DNA from: Fistulifera solaris
Lineage: Eukaryota
Assembly: GCA_030295235.1 (NCBI GenBank)
Contig: AP026125.1
Location: 186,001 to 250,000, forward strand
DNA: 64,000 bases
Direction: 5' to 3'
In this document: in pieces, positions 56,746 to 64,000 of the stretch
Numbering within the stretch: position 1 is the first letter of the stretch
How the letters are laid out: each line of letters opens with the position of its first letter
Position numbers and translations under genes: made by a program
Notes under the pieces: model-generated
What the model was told of the DNA's origin: nothing
The model's database searches: none
What the model saw: only the letters and a program-made list of their open reading frames with translations

Positions 56746-58437
56746 TTATGCACTGCTTTGTTTCACGCGGCTGAAGGCGGTATCGCACTGGGTGAGCCAT
56801 GGGCATTGTTCATGGAGAAACTCCCACGCTGCGACGGATCCTAGTTCGCTCTCCGAGGATGAAGCCAGCAGGCGGTAGCGTAGGTCGTCACTACTTCGTA
56901 TTGAGTATACGGCGTCAACAAAAGCTCGAAGGCGTGGTAGTACAATAGTCGTCCAGTTTGTCTTGTGCTGCAGAGCAGGATCGTCCAACGACACGCGCGA
57001 TACAAGTATTTGCGGCTTTCCTTTTTCTTGCTCGGGCTTGGAGACTTTTTCATCATTGGTGTAGTCTTCCATCCCATCTGTTTTGATAAAGCTCTTGATT
57101 GTCGATTGTAATTTGTCATTCGATTGCTTGTCGTTCGACTTACTATCCTGTCGAAGTACCTGGACAATGTCGGCGTCGTTTACCCCGTACATTAGGCAAT
57201 ATATTGATGCCTGAATTTGCTCATAGAGTGGAGGAGGAGAGTGAAGACGCCTCATTCTATGCTTACATTCAACAATAATGGATCGGATGCTCCAACTGTC
57301 ATCATCGTTAACGTCTGCGGTCACATCAACTTCGAATGATGATGTCAATTCATCCCGAATCCCATCGACACTCCCTAAAATGTAAAAGTACGGAATCACC
57401 TTATTTTCCACCTCTTCAACCGTAACCGTTCTCCCTATACTTTTCAAAACTTCTTTCTTTGTGTCAGTTGTCAGTTCGCTCTGCACTTTGACGAACTCTT
57501 CTATTTCTATCAAATCATTTTTCTCTCTGGCGCTCGAATCGTCTTTCAATGATATACAAGATGCGGAAGAAAGGGAATCTTGCTCATCATCCGACCGTAC
57601 TGATGGAATCGACGCACGCGCGTCAGTGCATTTGGAATCGACCGCCTCTGAGACATTCGTCAAATCGATAACCGTTTTTTGCTTCTTATTGTTGGGTGGT
57701 CTATCACAATCGCCGTGTTCCGTAGGACGACCAGGAAGAGACTCTGCCTCCTTGATAGGTACAGCAGTTTTCAACTCTCCCTTGTCTGGCTCGTCGGGGA
57801 AATCTTCCGATCGTGCAAACGCCCACGAACGGATTGCGGCGTTTCGTTCACTGACCGGCCATCCACACAGTTTCTGATATTCATCCAACGCCGCATTTTC
57901 ATGCACTACTCCATAATTTGTATCCACAGCACTTCGAACTCCTTCTCGAAACTGTTCCCATTCGCTGGGACTCAAATGTTTCTTGACCTCTTGCGATGTG
58001 AGCGTCGATTTGAGTGCATGCGCGGTTTCAATAGTCGTCACTTTCCCCTTCTTGACGGTTTGTAAAACTTTTTTTAAAGTTTTGTCGACTCCCGCCTTTT
58101 TCGCAAGCTCATTCAATGCTTCTTGTGGAGTAATCATGGTCAATCCCAGCAATTGCGCATCTTTTTGCAGTAAAGCGGCTCCCCAACGTCCTTGATAAAC
58201 GAGCTGCAGAAGAAGCTCCGGTAAATTCTTGTACGGATGATAACCCGCCATGGCAGCCACGTTGGATGCGGAGATTCGTAACGAATGATTTTGAAATTGA
58301 AACTCCAGCAAGCGCTCTGGCAGGATATCGCGCATCATCGTTTGGCTCGTAGGCTCCGTGGTCGGGGGCAATTTTGCGCTGTTTTCTGTCATGGATGGAT
58401 CGTTTCCAATCCGCTCTGTCGGTTCGGACTGATCCAT
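56746..58437 (-). CDS. YqaJ/lambda-exonuclease-like PD-(D/E)xK nuclease with disordered inserts
   Basis: ISASNVAAMAGYHPY, YGVVHENAA, GSVDG, IVECKHR and YEQIQASIYC motifs. Confidence 0.8.
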   Translation of the reverse strand: MDQSEPTERIGNDPSMTENSAKLPPTTEPTSQTMMRDILPERLLEFQFQNHSLRISASNVAAMAGYHPYKNLPELLLQLVYQGRWGAALLQKDAQLLGLTMITPQEALNELAKKAGVDKTLKKVLQTVKKGKVTTIETAHALKSTLTSQEVKKHLSPSEWEQFREGVRSAVDTNYGVVHENAALDEYQKLCGWPVSERNAAIRSWAFARSEDFPDEPDKGELKTAVPIKEAESLPGRPTEHGDCDRPPNNKKQKTVIDLTNVSEAVDSKCTDARASIPSVRSDDEQDSLSSASCISLKDDSSAREKNDLIEIEEFVKVQSELTTDTKKEVLKSIGRTVTVEEVENKVIPYFYILGSVDGIRDELTSSFEVDVTADVNDDDSWSIRSIIVECKHRMRRLHSPPPLYEQIQASIYCLMYGVNDADIVQVLRQDSKSNDKQSNDKLQSTIKSFIKTDGMEDYTNDEKVSKPEQEKGKPQILVSRVSLDDPALQHKTNWTTIVLPRLRAFVDAVYSIRSSDDLRYRLLASSSESELGSVAAWEFLHEQCPWLTQCDTAFSRVKQSSA

Positions 58438-58822
58438 GGTATAAGTCTACGTGAGCAATGTAGATTGATATCGCAAGCTTTTCGTGAATTGCTTTTGCAA
58501 GAGTTTATCAAAGAAGTACGAAAGCGAAGATGATGAGCGCAATGGTGCCGCTCTTCGATACGAATGAATGCACAACATAAAAATTCAAATGAGATTATAA
58601 GTACAATAGTCACGGAATGACAAATATAGCTTTTTACCCCTATGTGGAGAACGCTTATCACGGTTTATAATTAACGGTTCGTAATTGCAAAAAACTAGGG
58701 CGATGAAAATGGAGACACGGTCTTACATCTTTGATTACTCCGTACTGGTATTTCGCTTGCATGTATGCTTTATGAATTTTAATAACTTACAAATCGACAC
58801 ACTTAGAGGTAAAGGCCGGCTG

Positions 58823-59749
58823 CTATCTGCAAAGACATCGAAACAGGCATCGCTCTTCATCATCATCGCTGATAGTGGGACTTGCACTAACTGTTGGTTC
58901 GCTGCTTATCGAAGGAGTGCCGCTAGGCATCGAAGTGATCGAGGGCGCCAACGACGGCTGCCGTGAAGGGGTTGCACTGGGTCCACAGCTGGCCGGTGGA
59001 AAAGAGGATAGCTCACAAATCCCGTTCTGTATAAACTCGTCGTAAGCACTGACTTTCGTATAAATGGCCGAAGTATTAACTCGTGCACAACCAATCCCCA
59101 CGGAGACAATTCCCACTTGAAGATTGGTTCCAGCCACTATTAAAGGACCTCCCGAGTCACCATCGCAGCTATCTTTTCCCCCCGCCAATTCACCGGCACA
59201 TATTTGCGTATCTGGATCGCCCACAATATTCATGTTCGGCATCGTCTGACAAACTTCATAATCTTGGACGGTAACTTGCACTTGCTGCAATGTAAACGAC
59301 AACACCCCGGTCTCGGATGTCTTACCAAATCCCATGACATCGACTTTCGAATCGAGTGCCGGAATCAACCTGTTTGTGTTCAGTTCAACGAGTGCAGCTG
59401 AGCTCGGATTTTGTAATTTCAATAATCGAATATCATTTTCTTCATTGCCGGTGGCATTGAAGGCAGGATGCACGAGGGTGGCGATGACCAACTTCGATTC
59501 GGCCCCAATTCCATCCAACCGTTTCGCGCCAATCGATACCGTCCGACCGACAAAGGATGTACAATGTGCCGCCGTTAACACAACATCCGGATGAATGAGA
59601 GACCCGCCGCACGTTGGGTTGAAAAGATGAACATAGTACGGAAAAGAACCGGCTGGAACGGGTGTTCCACCCACGACGCTGGTTGAAACGCTGGCGTTCA
59701 CCAACTGATTTATAAGGCAGATGAGCGAGAATGCAACGAGTAGTTGCAT
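58823..59749 (-). CDS. Secreted trypsin-like (S1) serine protease
   Basis: VVGG, CGGSLI, LTAAHC, NDI and DSCDGDSGGPL motifs. Confidence 0.97.
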   Translation of the reverse strand: MQLLVAFSLICLINQLVNASVSTSVVGGTPVPAGSFPYYVHLFNPTCGGSLIHPDVVLTAAHCTSFVGRTVSIGAKRLDGIGAESKLVIATLVHPAFNATGNEENDIRLLKLQNPSSAALVELNTNRLIPALDSKVDVMGFGKTSETGVLSFTLQQVQVTVQDYEVCQTMPNMNIVGDPDTQICAGELAGGKDSCDGDSGGPLIVAGTNLQVGIVSVGIGCARVNTSAIYTKVSAYDEFIQNGICELSSFPPASCGPSATPSRQPSLAPSITSMPSGTPSISSEPTVSASPTISDDDEERCLFRCLCR

Positions 59750-59985
59750 TTGATAGTTCTCTCTATATTGTCTGTTGTTGCTTATGCCACATTGTGTTGA
59801 TCATCTCCTTTCTTTTCCTCGGATGTTTTATGTGCTTCGAATTTAATTGAATGACTTCGATCGTGAATTTACGCGCACCTCCGTCAAATAATGACTTTTC
59901 AGAAAAGTCCTACCGGTAACGGATGCAAGCTAGAGCGAACAAAACAATCCTAAACCGTCAAGTTTTGTTTCCAACCGCGCTCTCT

Positions 59986-61881
59986 CTAATGCTTTTTCTT
60001 GTGATGATGCGTTCGACGTTTGTTCTTTGTCGTGCGGGATGAATTACTCTCGTTAGGTTTAGGTTTCTGAAAATTCGCAAGTTCTTGCCACAACCAAATC
60101 TTCCAGATATCAAAAACATAGTCCAGTTCCGGCAGCCGATCAACCCATTCTTCCGCAATAAGTGTTAACGTGATAGGCTTCTCGTGCATGTCACGATGTG
60201 ATCTTCGTGTATGCCTTTTGCTGAAAGGGTAGAACTTGTGAAAAATCGGTTTCAGATGAACGTACAGAAGCACGCTGATCATAATTGTCCACGCCATATA
60301 CTCGACAGCTAAAGTCAACCAAGTAATGGCGGAATTTTCGTATGCTTGATAGCTATCTAGCTCGGGAAACAAAATTGTTTGCAGTGAATGTATTCTTTCG
60401 TTGAGCACTTCCATCGTACCGTGAACTTCTCGGTTCGTCAACTCGTCGATGAGCGAAACGAGCCACACCAAACCATCATTCGGGTTGAAGGATGATGTTG
60501 TGAAATCATTCTCAACATTAATAAATTTCAAAATTGCTTTGCCTAATTCTCGTGGCGATTGGGGATGGCGCTCCAAGCATAATATGGGAAAACCCATATT
60601 TTGTATGTAATCAAAATCTCCTCCATCGCAGTTTGTCACAATACCAACCACTGGCTTGTGACGCACGAGACTATCCCAAACGTATTCGGGGCTTTCCGTG
60701 ATCACAAATGCGGGTTGCAATTCTTCGAAACTCTTGCCCCATCTTACCACGATGAAGTTGGAAGGACCGCTCCATCGCTTTGCTCTGCCGGCATTGTCTT
60801 CCTTCAAGGCACTAGTCTGAGCGATTTCTTGCAAAGATGCCCGTGCTAAGGAAAGAGCCTGCATCAATGTCCGAAATGATATTCTTCCCTGTGTAGTGTC
60901 CGGGAATGTCACAGCCATGATCAACGCGGGTGTATCCGTCAAAGCAATAGGGCTACCATGTGTTGCAGTGTTCGAAAATTCATTTGGTAGACAAGGAACA
61001 CAAGGTGGAAGGAGTGGTGATGGAATGCGCAGTACTTTGGGTATCGACACATTTTGAAGTGTCATCAAAATTTGATTCTCTCGTGTCCAAAAATCCGTTA
61101 ACGTTCGTAGACGCTTCAATCCAAACTGGGTGCGAAGGCGATTCAACTCCACAAACTCCTTCATTTGATCCAGTAGTTGTAGACGATCGTAAATGACCCG
61201 TACCAACCAAGTATACCACGGTTGATTCGATGCGATTGGTCCGAAAATTTTGCGTAAATGGTAATTGGTTCCTTCCAAGAGGGCGATTGTGGGCATAGTA
61301 AGAAGTTCGGCCACTACCATTCCAGCAACAAAGATACCATCTGTCACGACCAAATCGAAAGGATCGGATCGCAGCTTACTGTGCAGCTCCTTGACAAGTC
61401 CAGCAGCGTTTTGAATTTCGCAAGGAAAGGCGTCATTGCAGGGAAATGGATGCTCGTCAAAAGCTTGAAACGTCAGTAAGGATCGTGCCCGCCAGTGATC
61501 AGCACAAGGTATCCTTGACAATAGATAATGTAAAATCTGATGTTCGGATTGTTGACAGAATAATGTGACTTGGTGGCCACTGGTTAACAAGCCTGCGGTG
61601 ATGCTTATCATATTATCGAAGGAAGCTTGACTCTCAACTAAGAATAAAGCAATGCGTGCTTTCCCCTCCGGTGCATATAACGAACTATCCGACTCCTCCT
61701 CCTCGTACATACATGACTCACACGAACTCGAAACAAAGCTTTGCAGTGAATTTTTCGTATTGTTCGTTGAACGACATCTTTGAAATTGGGGAATTGATGC
61801 TGAGGATAGAGGAGTCATGAGGCTCACAACGTAAAGAACCAAAAGAAGCAGCATCATCGTCCCTGCACTTCGAAAAATCAT
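59986..61881 (-). CDS. Divergent UDP-glycosyltransferase (GT1)-like membrane protein
   Basis: Signal peptide; GHQVTLF, FDLVVTD, AELLTMPTI and LNRLR.QFGL motifs; C-terminal TM and basic tail ending KKKH. Confidence 0.6.
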   Translation of the reverse strand: MIFRSAGTMMLLLLVLYVVSLMTPLSSASIPQFQRCRSTNNTKNSLQSFVSSSCESCMYEEEESDSSLYAPEGKARIALFLVESQASFDNMISITAGLLTSGHQVTLFCQQSEHQILHYLLSRIPCADHWRARSLLTFQAFDEHPFPCNDAFPCEIQNAAGLVKELHSKLRSDPFDLVVTDGIFVAGMVVAELLTMPTIALLEGTNYHLRKIFGPIASNQPWYTWLVRVIYDRLQLLDQMKEFVELNRLRTQFGLKRLRTLTDFWTRENQILMTLQNVSIPKVLRIPSPLLPPCVPCLPNEFSNTATHGSPIALTDTPALIMAVTFPDTTQGRISFRTLMQALSLARASLQEIAQTSALKEDNAGRAKRWSGPSNFIVVRWGKSFEELQPAFVITESPEYVWDSLVRHKPVVGIVTNCDGGDFDYIQNMGFPILCLERHPQSPRELGKAILKFINVENDFTTSSFNPNDGLVWLVSLIDELTNREVHGTMEVLNERIHSLQTILFPELDSYQAYENSAITWLTLAVEYMAWTIMISVLLYVHLKPIFHKFYPFSKRHTRRSHRDMHEKPITLTLIAEEWVDRLPELDYVFDIWKIWLWQELANFQKPKPNESNSSRTTKNKRRTHHHKKKH

Positions 61882-62388
61882 TCGAAAAGAACCATGACTT
61901 CCTCCTCTTCAAGCTGACGGTACAGAAAGTAAGGCAATGGAATTATTAAGCGTGCAAATACTGCATACGAAAGGCAATGCGGCGAATGCGCAAATAATAA
62001 TGTTTTGTAAAGAAATAATAAGTCGCATGGAGCGACGTGACTGGCTTTCTCATTCGTTCGTTCACTATTTCATCGTCATTCCTTTTATATTCTTTACATA
62101 ACGAGTTAACACACCGCTAAGACATAGACTGGTACACTTAGTGACGAACAAAGCCCTATATGACGCCAATCAAAATCAGCTCATTAGCTTTTGCAACAGT
62201 CACAATTATACCAGTAATTATCCACATTTTCATTCTTTCCGATGGTTATTTTGATGATGAATGGATGTAAAGAACATGTCAGAGACAATTTAGTAGATTT
62301 GAATTAGTAGCCGAGACTGTGTCAATCGGGGTTTTGGTGTGCTGGATCGACCGCTCGAGGCTCACGACTTCGAAAAGAGCGCAACATC

Positions 62389-64000
62389 ATGCGTTCGTAC
62401 TTTGTCGTCATGATGTTGGTGATGGTCCTTGTAGCAATCCGGTTCTATCAAATTCTCTGGATCGGTCATCCCAATTATTCGTTTAGCAATACAGAGAAAG
62501 CATCGAATGATGCACGCAATAATTCACTTAGCATATCACATATCACCAATTGTCTCGCATTGAATTCGAACGAATGGATCCAAGGTCAGCGACGAGGCAA
62601 TGCGGATCATGAAATGGATGATGCTTTCCTTCAGACGATGATATTAAATGTACCTTACATGTTGCGGGATGGAGTGTCATCAATATTACATACGACATTA
62701 TGTCATCGCGATTCGCGATTTCGGAATGAGACCGAAGAGGATGATGAGGATGAACGAACTATTCGACTTTGGGTGGTGCGATTAGTCTATCTGGCATTTC
62801 ATTATCATCAACATCATTGGGCTATTCCAGAAGCCGTGAAACGTGGGGACAATTGCAATTTGTCAGAACAAAGTATTGGGAAGTTTGACTTCGAGTGCCC
62901 CGACGCCAAATTTCTGTTAGTACCTTTACGAGGGCATGGACTTGGAGCGAATCTTCGTACCGATATTGTACCAGCACTCTTGGTGGCACTCGTATCAAAT
63001 CGAGTTGCTGTTTTCGTCAACCATGCGCCCGAAGGGGATGAGGATGTCACCAAGCCATGGCCGCTGGCATCGTGTGATCGGAAGGACTATCAATGCTTTT
63101 ATCTCCCCGAGTCGCCTTGTACCTTGACCCTGCAAGATATCCGTGAAGCTCATGTATTCCAGAATCGGGTCGATTTCCGTCGAGCCCTCAAACAAAGCAT
63201 CCTTCCCACAGGGTTTGATGACAAAAAGGTTTGGTTGTTCAAACATACGTCCGGTCATACGATCCAGTTACCCAAATTGGCTGTCGCTAGACTCCAAAAT
63301 TATTCCAATCTTCTGCTGAATCACTTACCTGACGATGACGGTCGGCTGCCGACACTGCGAAAGGCCGTAGAATCCATAGGGGAGGAAGATCCGCCGAGAG
63401 ACGGTCTCAATTATGCCATGGCGAATTTAAAAGTACATCATGCCTTAGAATTTTACGCCATGCGACCCAATCTTCCTAATAAGCGGAAACTGGAGCAAAT
63501 TCTACAGGATGTATTACCCCATGACTTTGATCCCGAATACACGGTTGGTTTGCCAGTGCGAGGTAAGTTGTTGGTGCTGTCGTGGTCGTAGTATGCAATA
63601 GCGATCATAGAAATTGCGTCTCAATTTTGAAACGCCTTTTTAGGCTCTGACAAGTGTCGTAAAGAAAGCGAATGCATCAGCTTTGAGCTACATATGCAAG
63701 CTGCTGCGGAAGTGTGGAACAAGCATCGGAATGCAACACACGGAACCCAAAACCCTGCCGTGATTTTCACATCGGAATCGCGCCAGGTGGTAGCCGAACA
63801 ACAACAATTCAAAAGCAACTCCTCGTTCTTTTACGAGCAACACAACCTCTCCTTTGCGTTTGATTTTGTCGTCAATCAACATGACGTGACACCCGACACG
63901 GGATATCTACCCGACGCCGCAGAAACCGTCTCCGCCGATGACGCAATGCTTTCCGCCGTGTCGAGTTTTCAACTCCAACTCATGGCCCGGACATCGGTGG
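62389..64000 (+). CDS. FUT8/GT23-like glycosyltransferase (paralogue B), 3' end runs off the window
   Basis: GLGANLR, WPLASCDRKDYQCFYLPESPC, and VGLPVRGSDKC across intron 63563-63643. Colinear with 50804..52589. Confidence 0.75.

Overview
This is eukaryotic nuclear DNA, most likely from a diatom. The evidence is compact genes with short GT-AG introns (about 56-133 nt), diatom-type HSF and DUF6824-like families, and plastid-type presequences. About 30 protein-coding genes are supportable. They include a mid-SUN protein, HSF, a Nudix-PH fusion, PI-PLC-X, UBL-PUB-STI1-UIM, a CTL transporter and two divergent secreted tandem-rhodanese paralogues. Also present are a triple tropomodulin-like LRR protein, an AIF-like flavoprotein, dihydroorotase, parvulin, HGD, DHCR7, Ku70, BCCIP, a YqaJ-like nuclease, trypsin and several glycosyltransferase-like genes. 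About a dozen genes carry single-base indels in homopolymer runs, most likely assembly error. Non-coding structure includes a Mutator-like MITE (57-bp TIRs, 9-bp TSD) and a hAT-like element (8-bp TIR, 8-bp TSD). There is also a roughly 3 kb low-GC gene-free block with degenerate repeats, and recurrent clusters of unrelated 7-bp tandem duplications in intergenic DNA. No rRNA, tRNA or CRISPR was seen. All family calls come from motif recognition by eye, not from database searches.
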